From: an uncultured Desulfocapsa sp.
GTDB lineage: Bacteria; Desulfobacterota; Desulfobulbia; Desulfobulbales; Desulfocapsaceae
NCBI GenBank assembly: GCA_964505715.1
Contig: CAZDJE010000012.1
Span: 24,568-56,567 of the forward strand
Direction of reading: 5' to 3'
Length of the DNA stretch: 32,000 nucleotides
Part shown: piece by piece, positions 17,250-26,650 of the stretch
Layout: every line of letters begins with the position of its first letter
Numbering within the stretch: position 1 is the stretch's first letter
Position numbers and translations under genes: made by a program
The notes under the pieces: model-generated
Seen by the model: the letters and a program-made list of their open reading frames with translations, nothing else
Told to the model about the DNA's origin: nothing
Database searches by the model: none

Positions 17250-18023
17250 TTACAACTCCTCATCTTCACTGCCGAGATAGGCCTCGATAACCTTTGGATT
17301 ATTCTGCACCTCTTCAGCGTTTCCTTCGGCAATTTTTTTACCGTAATCAATGACTGTGATCTTTTCAGAAACCTGCATAACAAGTCCCATATCATGTTCG
17401 ATCAGAAAAATGGTAATTCCAAGCGTATTGCGAATATGAAGGATCAGCTCTATCAGCTCCTGTTTCTCATCATGATTCAATCCGGCTGCGGGCTCATCGA
17501 GCAGCAATAACTTTGGTTTAGTGGCAAGAGCTCTTGCCCACTCAACACGGCGTTGATCGCCATAGGGAAGGGTACCAGCGTACTGATCTTTCTTATCCAG
17601 CAATCCTACAAAAGAAAGGCATTCCTCACTGAACTGTCTGATCAACTCCTCTTCATTGCGTTGAGACTGGGTGTGGAATACCGCTCCGATTGCCCCGCAG
17701 GATGTACGACAGTGCATCCCCGACATAACATTTTCGAGCACGGTCATGGATTTAAAGAGACGCAGATTCTGAAAGGTACGAGCCATTCCGGACTGAGTGA
17801 TTTTATGGGGTTTGAGACGGAGAATGGAATGATTGTTAAAACTAATCTGCCCCGAATCCGGCCTGTAGAAACCGGTCAGACAGTTAAACACCGATGTTTT
17901 TCCGGCACCATTTGGCCCTATCAGGCTGGCAATGGTGCCTTCTTCAACGCTAAAATCAAGTTTGCGAATAACCTCAAGGCCAGCAAAGCTTAAAACAAGT
18001 TTTTCTACTTCAAGAAGTGTCAT
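17250..18023 (-). CDS. livG: Branched-chain amino acid ABC transporter, ATP-binding protein LivG
   Basis: Walker A GPNGAGKTS, signature LPYGDQRRVE, Walker B LLLLDEPAAG, and C-terminus IEAYLG. The ATG at 18023 has a GAGGG Shine-Dalgarno 8 nt upstream. The listed GTG at 18047 overlaps livM. Confidence 0.9.
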   Translation of the reverse strand: MTLLEVEKLVLSFAGLEVIRKLDFSVEEGTIASLIGPNGAGKTSVFNCLTGFYRPDSGQISFNNHSILRLKPHKITQSGMARTFQNLRLFKSMTVLENVMSGMHCRTSCGAIGAVFHTQSQRNEEELIRQFSEECLSFVGLLDKKDQYAGTLPYGDQRRVEWARALATKPKLLLLDEPAAGLNHDEKQELIELILHIRNTLGITIFLIEHDMGLVMQVSEKITVIDYGKKIAEGNAEEVQNNPKVIEAYLGSEDEEL

Positions 18024-18033
18024 CAGTAAGCCC

Positions 18034-19005
18034 TCACGATTTACCACGAGGCCAGATTCCTTCAGGCCTGTAGAGCATAATAATCAGCATAACAATGCCA
18101 AATACCAGCATACGCATGGAACCAAGATCACGAAAAACTTCGGGGAACAGAACAAGGGCAAAAGCACCGACAATCACGCCTGGAATTTTCCCCATACCGC
18201 CAAGCACCACCCCAAGCAGGATCAGTACCGATTGAGAAAAGGTGAATGTTTCAGGAGAAATGGCAGTCATCTTCACTGCAAAAAAGGCTCCCGCCACCCC
18301 GCCGAACATCGCTCCGATCACATAGGCGTAGAGTTTCACGCCAACACGATTAATGCCCATGGCCTCCGCCGCATCCTCATCTTCCCGCACATATTGCCAG
18401 GCACGGCCCAGACGTGAATTCTGTAATCGAAAGCTCACAAAACAGGCAAGGACAGCAAGAAACAGGAATACATAATAAAAATGGATGCCCTGGTTCAATT
18501 CGATACCGAAAAAGAAGGGACGTTCGATCCCAATCAGGCCCGATGCCCCCCCGGTAATCTCCAGGTTTCTGGCAACAATTCGGACAATTTCACCGAATCC
18601 AAGAGTTACAATAGCCAGATAATCACTGCGCAGACGCAGGGTTGGGCCACCAATAATAAGACCTGCCACCATGGAACAGAATACAGCTGCCGGAATAGTG
18701 AGCCAGAAATTAATGCCAAACTGAGAGGTCAGGATACCGGTGGTATAGGCGCCCACTGCAAAGAAGGCGGCATAGCCAAGGTCAAGCAACCCCGCGTAGC
18801 CAACCACAATATTGAGGCCGAGACAGAGGATGGTGTAAAACCAGGCATTGGTCAGCACCTCCAGCATATAGTTGTTGGCAATAAGTGGAAAGAACATGGC
18901 CATTGCTGCCAACACTAACAGCACAATAAGCCGGTTATGCTGATGCTGAAGCCAGTTTAGGACACCTGTAACCATGGAAGTATCAGAAGATGGTCTCATA
19001 TTCAC
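18034..19005 (-). CDS. livM: Branched-chain amino acid ABC transporter permease LivM
   Basis: Polytopic membrane protein with the LivM-type block GYAGLLDLGYAAFFAVGAY. It overlaps the livH stop (GTGA). Confidence 0.9.
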   Translation of the reverse strand: MNMRPSSDTSMVTGVLNWLQHQHNRLIVLLVLAAMAMFFPLIANNYMLEVLTNAWFYTILCLGLNIVVGYAGLLDLGYAAFFAVGAYTTGILTSQFGINFWLTIPAAVFCSMVAGLIIGGPTLRLRSDYLAIVTLGFGEIVRIVARNLEITGGASGLIGIERPFFFGIELNQGIHFYYVFLFLAVLACFVSFRLQNSRLGRAWQYVREDEDAAEAMGINRVGVKLYAYVIGAMFGGVAGAFFAVKMTAISPETFTFSQSVLILLGVVLGGMGKIPGVIVGAFALVLFPEVFRDLGSMRMLVFGIVMLIIMLYRPEGIWPRGKS

Positions 19006-19916
19006 ATCCTCTCAATCTCGGTTTTCCCGAGTATGCCAGTCGGTTTTAAAATAAGAAGCAAAATCAGCAGACCAAAGGAAAAGACATCCTTCCATTCCGA
19101 ACCAATAAAGGGAATCTGGGTTCCAAATGCCTCGAGCAACCCAAGAAGTAACCCGCCAAGCATGGCACCAGGAATCGAACCAATGCCGCCAATGACCGCG
19201 GCAGTAAAGGCCTTCAGTCCAATCACAAAGCCCATGGAAAAATGAAGAGAGCCATAATAGACACCAGCCATAACACCGGCGGCCCCTGCAAGTGAAGAGC
19301 CAATAAAAAAAGTAAGAGCGATGATTTTATTGACGTTGATCCCCATCAGTTTACACGCATCCTGATCAATGGCTATGGCCCGCATTGCCTTGCCGTACAG
19401 CGTTTTATTGACAAAGAGAGTGAGGGTCACCATCAGCAGAGTGGCAGAAACAACAAGTGCCAGCTGAGTATAGGAGATAAAAACATTCCCAAAATCCAGG
19501 CCGTCAAAACTAAGGTCGGTATTAAAGGCCATATATTCACCATCGGTGATGGCCATCACTCCGTTGGAAAGAATCATGGAGACAGCGAGTGCGGTAATCA
19601 AAATAGAGAGGCGTGGAGCTGTCAGCATTGGCCGATAGGCGACTCGCTGAATAATAACCCCCAGCAACCCAACCGCCAGCATACTGAGCACCATGGAACA
19701 CATAATTGCCCCCCAGCTCTCACCAAGCAATCCACTTATGGCAGATAAAATCAGAAAACCGACAAAGCCGCCCACCATATAGAGATCACCGTGGGCAAAG
19801 TTAAGCAGTTTAATAATGCCGTATACCATGGTGTAGCCAAGGGCGACCATAGCATAGAACGATCCCATGATCAGACCGTTGGCAAGTTGCTGCAAAATAA
19901 TATCAAGAGTTGACAT
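19002..19916 (-). CDS. livH: Branched-chain amino acid ABC transporter permease LivH
   Basis: The N-terminus QQLANGLIMGSFYAMVALGYTMVYGIIKLLNFAHGD is the hallmark LivH start. The protein has 8 or more hydrophobic segments. Confidence 0.9.
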   Translation of the reverse strand: MSTLDIILQQLANGLIMGSFYAMVALGYTMVYGIIKLLNFAHGDLYMVGGFVGFLILSAISGLLGESWGAIMCSMVLSMLAVGLLGVIIQRVAYRPMLTAPRLSILITALAVSMILSNGVMAITDGEYMAFNTDLSFDGLDFGNVFISYTQLALVVSATLLMVTLTLFVNKTLYGKAMRAIAIDQDACKLMGINVNKIIALTFFIGSSLAGAAGVMAGVYYGSLHFSMGFVIGLKAFTAAVIGGIGSIPGAMLGGLLLGLLEAFGTQIPFIGSEWKDVFSFGLLILLLILKPTGILGKTEIERM

Positions 19917-20303
19917 AAAAATAGCATCCGATGGATTGAGTAGGTCGTAGTGCTTTAGGCATGTTTAAGAGAAATTCACATTTCGGTGCTAACATTAACC
20001 ATACCGCTGCAAAAGTGTCAAAGTTCTTACGGAGAATTGTACGATATTTTAATATCCTGATTCCTTGTATCAACAGCTTACTTCAGTCAGCTAGAGAGCA
20101 AAAAAAACATTTGACGATGGTACCCACTCGTTACCAACTCAAAAATAAAAAAAGACAGAAATGGCCGACCCTCCCTGTCCTATATTCGCTGCGATAATAT
20201 ACAGATAGCTCTTTTTAAATTCGAAAAGAATTTCCAGATTTAATTCAGGATTCAGGTCAAATACAACGATAGCAAGAGGGGAATATGATTCAAGAGATAT
20301 AAG

Positions 20304-20345
20304 CAAAAAAAAATCGAGTTCCCACAATTTGTGGAAACTCGATTT
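20304..20345 (-). terminator. Rho-independent terminator after the livJ-like gene
   Basis: The minus strand reads CAAATCGAGTTTCCACAAATTGTGGGAACTCGATTTTTTTTT. This gives a stem of about 14 bp (with one mismatch) followed directly by a run of 9 T. It starts 28 nt after the stop at 20373. Confidence 0.65.
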
Positions 20346-20372
20346 GAGGTATCAAATATGACGTATTAAGAA

Positions 20373-21485
20373 TTATTTATTCAATGCCCATTTTCCACCC
20401 TTGGCAACAAGTACAACAAAGTTACTTTTTGCCAGAGTATTTTTATCGGTAAAGGAGACAGCACCGGTGATACCGTTAAACGTGCTCGTCTCTTTTAAGG
20501 CCTTCACGATGGCAGCCTTATCGGTGGAGCCAGCTCGGGTGATAGCATCGGCCATCAGTTTCATACCATCATATGCAAGAGGTCCGTACGCATCGGGAGC
20601 CTGGTTGTAGTTCGCCTTATAGCTTGCAGTGAATGCTTTAGCTGCGGGCAGATAATCGGCGGTGGGGTTGGAGAAGCAGAAGACACCTTCTGAAGCTTTT
20701 CCGGCAATTTCAAGAAGTTTTGGAGAGTTGGAACCATCGCCAACGGCAATCAGCTTACGAAATCCTGCCTGACGGAGTTGTTTAATAAGGAGAGCACCAT
20801 CGGAATAGTAGGCGGTCCAGAAAACAGCATCGGGAGCCTTGGATTTAATTTTGGTAACCAGTGAGGATTGATCCTGCTCACCTTTGTTTACAACTTCATA
20901 GGCAACAACTTCAAGGCCCATGGCTGTCCATTTTTCTTTGGTCAGTTTAGCAAGATCCTCGGAGTATCCATCACCCTGATGAACGATGGCCAGTTTTTTA
21001 ACCCCTTTGGCCTGAAACAGATTTACAGCGGTGTTCACCTGATCAAAACCGGTGGAGTTGATCTGAAAGGAAGTTCCAGGATTGGCATCGATCAGTTTGG
21101 TGGAGTTTGCTGCTGCCACAACAAAAGGAGTTCCAGCATCACCATAAATTTTAAGAGTTGGAAGCGTTGCACCGGAACAGTAACCGCCAACAACACCAAC
21201 AACGTCGCTTGATACCAGTTTTGAAGCAGCAGAGGTTGCCATCTGAGGATCACAACCATCATCACCGGTAATTGTCACGATATTCATACCAAGCACACCA
21301 CCTGCCTTATTAATCTCTTCGGCGGCAAGCTTAATGGAGTTTTCCATATCTTTTCCTGCGGTGGCCTCGGAACCGGTGGTGGGCACCATGATTCCAATCT
21401 TCAAATCCGCAGCATTCGCCTGGCTCAACATAAGCATTCCGGCAAGGGTCGCGCCCACAAGAGCAGTCATCTTCTTTGTTTGCAT
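20373..21485 (-). CDS. livJ: Branched-chain amino acid ABC transporter substrate-binding protein (LivJ/LivK-like)
   Basis: Signal peptide MQTKKMTALVGATLAGMLMLSQANA, then LKIGIMVPTTGSEATAGKDMENSIKLAAEEINKAGGV, typical of the type I periplasmic binding fold. The ATG at 21485 is preceded by GGAGA. The listed upstream extension to 21575 is unlikely. Confidence 0.85.
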   Translation of the reverse strand: MQTKKMTALVGATLAGMLMLSQANAADLKIGIMVPTTGSEATAGKDMENSIKLAAEEINKAGGVLGMNIVTITGDDGCDPQMATSAASKLVSSDVVGVVGGYCSGATLPTLKIYGDAGTPFVVAAANSTKLIDANPGTSFQINSTGFDQVNTAVNLFQAKGVKKLAIVHQGDGYSEDLAKLTKEKWTAMGLEVVAYEVVNKGEQDQSSLVTKIKSKAPDAVFWTAYYSDGALLIKQLRQAGFRKLIAVGDGSNSPKLLEIAGKASEGVFCFSNPTADYLPAAKAFTASYKANYNQAPDAYGPLAYDGMKLMADAITRAGSTDKAAIVKALKETSTFNGITGAVSFTDKNTLAKSNFVVLVAKGGKWALNK

Positions 21486-21632
21486 TGTTTTCTCCAACTT
21501 TTGGTTATTCCGTTTTTTACAACGGAGTTTAACTTCACAGGAACCTCCTAACTTCCTTACGTAGCAAGGAATCACGTATTCCTGAAGAGTCTATTCACAC
21601 TCTCGATCCATCGTTTTCTGTGAATAACAGAA

Positions 21633-21649
21633 TTACTCTACTAGAGTAA
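21633..21649. promoter_or_regulatory. Perfect 8-1-8 palindrome TTACTCTA-C-TAGAGTAA in the livJ/putA divergent intergenic region (candidate operator)
   Basis: Read directly from the sequence. It lies about 150 nt upstream of both divergent starts. No regulator is assigned. Confidence 0.25.
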
Positions 21650-21799
21650 ATTCATCGAGTAAGGTAAAGGTGAATCGACACAGGAGAAAAGAAAATCATC
21701 ATTCATACCGATTTAATTGTACAGAATAGCAATGTGCCACTAAAATAGAAGAAACGGTTCAAGCAGGATATCCTATATCGCCCCTATACAGGAGGGAAT

Positions 21800-24700
21800 A
21801 TGCAAGCAGCAGACGAAACCCGGACCCGAGAACAGGCAATCCAACTCGCACGATCGTGGCAAAATAGAGCCAATGAGCTTCTGACCTCCGAAGAAGAAAA
21901 GATACAGCAGCAGATGACCGGACTGCTAAACAATCCTGCCGACAAAATTCTCCTGACTAAAATTATTGATCAAAGTTTCCGCCCCGGTGATCCCGAACGA
22001 GTAGCCCAGCAGATTGCACACTTACTCGAAGAATATGGTCTCCCCCATTTCTTTGGAGATGTTGAAAAATTATTGATCCAGATGTTTGTCGGTATCGGAA
22101 AACACTTTCCCAGCTTTGCCGTCCCGAAAATGATCGAACAGATGCGCAGCAGCAGTAGCCGTGCCATTATTCCCGGTGAACAAAAGGCCCTGCGTGCTCA
22201 CCTTCAACGCCGCCGTGAACAGAACATCCGGATGAATATCAATCACCTCGGGGAAGCAGTGCTTGGAGAAGAGCAGGCTGCAACCCGGATGGAAAGCTAT
22301 CTCCGAGATATGAAAGATCCGAACATTGAATATATTTCTATTAAGATATCTACTCTCTACTCTCAGATCAGTTCACTTGCCTTCGAACAGACCGTGACCA
22401 CACTCGGCAAACGGCTGAGCAAAATCTATGCGGGGGCAAAGTCCAACTATTTTATTAAAAATGACGGGAGTAAAGTCCCTAAATTTGTCAATCTGGATAT
22501 GGAGGAATATCGCGATCTTGAAATCACCCTGAAACTTTTTATGACCACACTTGAACAGGATGAGTTCAAAGATCTTTCAGCCGGAATTGTCCTCCAAGCC
22601 TATCTTCCCGACTCCTTTCCCCTGCAGCAGAAGCTGACACAATGGGCACAAAAACGAGTAAAAGAGGGTGGCGCTCCCATAAAACTGCGCATTGTCAAGG
22701 GAGCTAATATGGAGATGGAAAAGCTGGAATCATCCCTCTTCAACTGGCCACTTGCTCCCTATGATAACAAGTTGGAAGTGGACGCCAACTATAAACGCAT
22801 GATCACCTACGGCATGGAGAAAGATCATATCCACGCCGTCAACTTAGGTATCGCCTCGCACAACCTTTTCGAACTTGCCTACGCCGCAACCCTGGCTGAA
22901 AAGAATAAAGTCACCGACTTTTTCTACTTCGAGATGCTTGAAGGCATGGCCGATCATGTACGCAGAGCCCTGCAGGAGACTTCGGGCGACGTGCTTCTTT
23001 ACGCCCCGGTGGCAACAAAGGATGAATTTATTAATGCCATTGCCTATCTTATTCGCAGACTCGATGAAAATACCGCCAAGGAAAACTTTCTTCGCTATGC
23101 TCCGGGACTCTCCGTTAACTCCCCCGACTGGGATTTTCTTGAAAAGAGTTTTTCCCAATCCTGTGACGTTATAGACAGTGCAACAACGGGTGCCAAACGT
23201 ATTCAGGATCGCAATACCGAGACCTTTTCAGCACAAATTTCAAGTCTGTACCAGAATCGTTTCACCAATGAGCCGGATACTGACTGGTCACTTGCTGCCA
23301 ACCGAAAATGGGCTGAAAGCATTCGCAGTAAATGGATGAAAAAAAGCGGAGATGAGCCGACTCGAATCCCCCTTGTCATCGGTGGCAAAGATATCTATGA
23401 GCAGAGGAAACATCGTGATGCCATGGACCCAAATCAGCATGCAGAGAAAATCTGTGTTGCACGATTCACTCTGGCAGAGCAGGAGGACATTGAGACTGCC
23501 GTAAGTATCGCTAAACAAGATCCCGACGGCTGGCGACAGAAAAGTGGACAACAGCGCCATACAATTCTCTCCCAGGTGGCCATGGAATTACGAAAAAAAC
23601 GTGGAGATTTTCTTGGAACAGCAGCGGCTGAAACAGGAAAAGTCTTTATGGAAGCGGACGTGGAGGTTTCAGAGGCCGTTGACTTTACCGAATTTTACCC
23701 ATATTCAGTACAGCAGTATGAGAGCGCTTCCAATATCAGCGTAAAAGGAAAGGGTGTTGGGCTTGTTATTTCTCCCTGGAACTTTCCCATAGCCATTCCC
23801 TGTGGTGGTGTTGCCGCCGCCCTTGCAGCCGGGAACACCGTTTTATTTAAACCTTCCTCGGATGCTGTGCTTGTTGCCTGGCAGCTCTGTCAATGCTTCT
23901 GGGACGGAGGTGTTTCAAAGAATACCCTACAGTTTATTCCCTGTTCCGGAAGAGATGTCGGGCCACAGCTCACTGGCAATCCTGCAATTGACTTTATTAT
24001 TCTCACGGGAGGCACGGACACCGGGCTTTCCATCCTGCAACAAACCCCCGGGGTCTATCTTGCAGCGGAAACGGGTGGTAAAAATGCTACCATCGTCACC
24101 GATATGGGCGATCGGGATCAGGCCATTAAAGATGTAATTGCTTCGGCATTTGGCAATTCCGGCCAGAAGTGCAGTGCCACCTCGCTGCTTATTCTTGAAA
24201 AAAACATCTATAATGATCCCCATTTCAAACAGCAGCTTATCGATGCCGCAAAGAGTCTTCATACAGGGCAAGCATGGGACTTCACCAGTAAACTCGGCAC
24301 CCTGATCAAGCCTCCTACGGGTGATCTCAAACGCGGCTTAAATGAGCTTCAAGATGGCGAAGAGTGGGCCTTAAAACCCAGCATTATAGACGAGAATCCG
24401 CAACTCTGGTCTCCTGGAATTAAATATGGTGTGGCTCCTGGCAGCTACGACCATATGACTGAATTTTTCGGCCCCCTGCTAGCCGTTATGTGTGCCGATG
24501 ATCTTGATCACGCCATAAAACTTGTTAATCAGACGGGTTATGGGCTCACCAGTGGCCTGGAAAGTCTGGACAGTCGGGAACAGCAAAAATGGCAGGATGA
24601 AATCCTGGCCGGTAATTTATATATCAATCGCGGAACCACAGGAGCCATAACCCTTCGTCAACCCTTTGGCGGTATGGGAAAATCGGCCCTAGGCCCTGGC

Positions 24701-25405
24701 ATTAAGGCGGGTAGCCCGGATTACGTGAGCCAGTTTATGGAGTTCACCGAAACTGCTAATCCACCAAGTGGCATCATAAACAAAGAACGCGATCTCCTCC
24801 GGCTGGCCAACGAATGGGACGTCATGCAAAACTGGGGAATTTTTTCACAGGATAGCGATGATATCAGAAAGACGGTTCTGGCAATAAAGAGTTACCTCCA
24901 TCAAATGGAACAAAAGTTCGGACGAAAGCAGGACTACTTTCACCTTCGCGGACAGGACAATATTCTTCAATATCTTCCAGTCAAACATATGTGTATTCGT
25001 CTGCACCATGATGATACACTGTTTGAGACCCTCGCCAGAATAGCTGCAGCACGAACGGCAGGATGTGAATTTGTGGTGAGCGTTCCAAAAGAGCTGAAAA
25101 ATCGACTTACTGCTTTTCTTGAAGGTCGTTACGGAAAAGCATTGCTTCAGAATGGACAAATGATTTTTGAAAGTGATCAACGTCTTATTGAAAATCTGCC
25201 AAACATCGATCGAATCCGCTATGCAGCTGTCGAGCGAGTCCCAGAGGAGCTTTTCCAAAAAGCCGCGGAAACCGGCTTTTTTATCTCAAGAAGCCCAGTA
25301 TCGATGGAAGGCCGCCTTGAATTACAGCATTATTTCAGGCAGCAGTCAATCTGTAATAATTATCACAGATATGGGAACCTTGGTGAGCGGGGTGATCTGC
25401 TCTAA
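21800..25405 (+). CDS. putA: Bifunctional proline dehydrogenase / L-glutamate gamma-semialdehyde dehydrogenase PutA (no N-terminal RHH domain)
   Basis: The N-terminal half has a proline dehydrogenase barrel (INHLGEAVLGE, VNLDMEEY, IVKGANMEME, LGIASHN, FEMLEGMAD, YAPV). The C-terminal half is an aldehyde dehydrogenase (ISPWNFP, FKPS, ETGGKNA, GQKCSA, EFFGP). A strong RBS (AGGAGGG) precedes the ATG. Confidence 0.9.
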   Translation: MQAADETRTREQAIQLARSWQNRANELLTSEEEKIQQQMTGLLNNPADKILLTKIIDQSFRPGDPERVAQQIAHLLEEYGLPHFFGDVEKLLIQMFVGIGKHFPSFAVPKMIEQMRSSSSRAIIPGEQKALRAHLQRRREQNIRMNINHLGEAVLGEEQAATRMESYLRDMKDPNIEYISIKISTLYSQISSLAFEQTVTTLGKRLSKIYAGAKSNYFIKNDGSKVPKFVNLDMEEYRDLEITLKLFMTTLEQDEFKDLSAGIVLQAYLPDSFPLQQKLTQWAQKRVKEGGAPIKLRIVKGANMEMEKLESSLFNWPLAPYDNKLEVDANYKRMITYGMEKDHIHAVNLGIASHNLFELAYAATLAEKNKVTDFFYFEMLEGMADHVRRALQETSGDVLLYAPVATKDEFINAIAYLIRRLDENTAKENFLRYAPGLSVNSPDWDFLEKSFSQSCDVIDSATTGAKRIQDRNTETFSAQISSLYQNRFTNEPDTDWSLAANRKWAESIRSKWMKKSGDEPTRIPLVIGGKDIYEQRKHRDAMDPNQHAEKICVARFTLAEQEDIETAVSIAKQDPDGWRQKSGQQRHTILSQVAMELRKKRGDFLGTAAAETGKVFMEADVEVSEAVDFTEFYPYSVQQYESASNISVKGKGVGLVISPWNFPIAIPCGGVAAALAAGNTVLFKPSSDAVLVAWQLCQCFWDGGVSKNTLQFIPCSGRDVGPQLTGNPAIDFIILTGGTDTGLSILQQTPGVYLAAETGGKNATIVTDMGDRDQAIKDVIASAFGNSGQKCSATSLLILEKNIYNDPHFKQQLIDAAKSLHTGQAWDFTSKLGTLIKPPTGDLKRGLNELQDGEEWALKPSIIDENPQLWSPGIKYGVAPGSYDHMTEFFGPLLAVMCADDLDHAIKLVNQTGYGLTSGLESLDSREQQKWQDEILAGNLYINRGTTGAITLRQPFGGMGKSALGPGIKAGSPDYVSQFMEFTETANPPSGIINKERDLLRLANEWDVMQNWGIFSQDSDDIRKTVLAIKSYLHQMEQKFGRKQDYFHLRGQDNILQYLPVKHMCIRLHHDDTLFETLARIAAARTAGCEFVVSVPKELKNRLTAFLEGRYGKALLQNGQMIFESDQRLIENLPNIDRIRYAAVERVPEELFQKAAETGFFISRSPVSMEGRLELQHYFRQQSICNNYHRYGNLGERGDLL

Positions 25406-25534
25406 GGGTCTGTGTAAAAACAACATGGCCAGCTCGGAACCGAAATGGCCATGTTATTATTTTACAGCCCCTAACCTAACATTGTTCGAAACTATTCAGC
25501 GTGTTGCTGTTAAAGCATAGTATTTCAAAAAGTG

Positions 25535-25611
25535 CGTCATTCCCGAGTGTAGTTATCGGGAATCTATCTCGAGTATTGCTGGATTCCCGATAACGACACT
25601 CGGGAATGACG
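25535..25611. repeat. Nested 77-bp palindromic element carrying four copies of the 8-mer ATTCCCGA/TCGGGAAT
   Basis: CGTCATTCCCGAGTGTAGTTATCGGGAATC ... GATTCCCGATAACGACACTCGGGAATGACG forms arms of about 30 bp with one mismatch. Each arm is itself an 8-bp-stem hairpin (ATTCCCGA-N9-TCGGGAAT). It lies between the putA stop and the DMT transporter start. Confidence 0.7.
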
Positions 25612-25646
25612 GGTTATCTGAATTTACCATTTTTATTGGGTTTTAC

Positions 25647-26543
25647 GTGAGCAAACAGACAAAAGCATATATTCTGACCCTGATGGTTGTATCCTTCTGG
25701 GCAACGGCAGCTTCTGCCTTTAAAATTGCCCTGCGGGATGTCAGCCCATCAACGCTGCTCTTTTACTCCACCCTTTTTTCCACCCTCACTCTGTTTGCTA
25801 TCCTCCTTATTCAGGGAAAAATTGGTCTGCTCCTGAAAAGTGACCGTCAGTCCCTTACAAAAAGTGCACTGCTTGGATTTTTGAACCCCTTTCTCTACTA
25901 TGTGATCCTGTTTAAAGCGTACTCCATTCTTCCAGGCCAGATCGCCATGAGCCTGAATTATGGCTGGCCGCTTATGCTTACGCTACTCTCGGTTCCCATT
26001 CTTGGCCAGTCCCTGAGCAAAAGCCAGTTACTGGCCGTCCTGATCAGCTTTACTGGAGCCGTTGTGATCTCCACCAAAGGTGAGTTTCTAAGCTTTGGAG
26101 ATGTCAGCGGTCTTGGCGTATTGCTGGCGGCAGGATCAACGCTGATTTGGGCTGCCTACTGGTTATTTAATGCCAAAGACGGACTTGATCCCGTAGTAAA
26201 ACTCTTTAGCGGATTTTGTTTTGGCCTGATCTACACAACGCTGTTCTGTCTGCTCAGCGGCGGACTTGAACTCCCTGCAGCCCATGCCTGGCTTCCACTT
26301 ATTTATATCGGCCTCTTTGAAATGAGTATTACCTTTGCTCTCTGGCTTACAGCTTTGCAGCTCACATCTTCGGCTGCCAAAATTGGAAACCTGATCTATA
26401 TCACCCCGTTTTTCTCTCTTCTGATTCTCAATATCGTAGTCAAAGAACAGATTCATCCCGCAACCTTTATTGGGCTGAGTCTGATTATTGGCAGTATTCT
26501 CTTCCAAACTTGGACCAGCAGAAACAAAACGCAAAAATCATGA
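25647..26543 (+). CDS. DMT superfamily (EamA-like) transporter
   Basis: About 10 hydrophobic helices arranged as two EamA-like halves (FWATAASAFKIAL... and LIWAAYWLF...). It has a GTG start with no clear RBS, so the ATG at codon 13 is an alternative. Confidence 0.8.
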   Translation: MSKQTKAYILTLMVVSFWATAASAFKIALRDVSPSTLLFYSTLFSTLTLFAILLIQGKIGLLLKSDRQSLTKSALLGFLNPFLYYVILFKAYSILPGQIAMSLNYGWPLMLTLLSVPILGQSLSKSQLLAVLISFTGAVVISTKGEFLSFGDVSGLGVLLAAGSTLIWAAYWLFNAKDGLDPVVKLFSGFCFGLIYTTLFCLLSGGLELPAAHAWLPLIYIGLFEMSITFALWLTALQLTSSAAKIGNLIYITPFFSLLILNIVVKEQIHPATFIGLSLIIGSILFQTWTSRNKTQKS

Positions 26544-26650
26544 AGTATTATCTCTACGCAATGGAAGCGATCCTCTGCTGGTGGGCAACTTTTCCTGCAA
26601 CAACCGGTTCGGGACTGGCCAATCTTTCAACGGAAGAGCTGATGTTCAAA

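Noticed and set aside
16252-17280. 342-aa ORF on the + strand
   Set aside because: It lies entirely antisense to livF and the rhodanese-diiron gene, both of which have unmistakable motifs. Its sequence is low-complexity (F/I/H/S-rich) with no recognisable domain. It is a shadow ORF.
25167-25520. 117-aa + strand ORF overlapping the end of putA
   Set aside because: It is an out-of-frame overlap with the strongly supported putA 3' region and shows no motifs. It is spurious.
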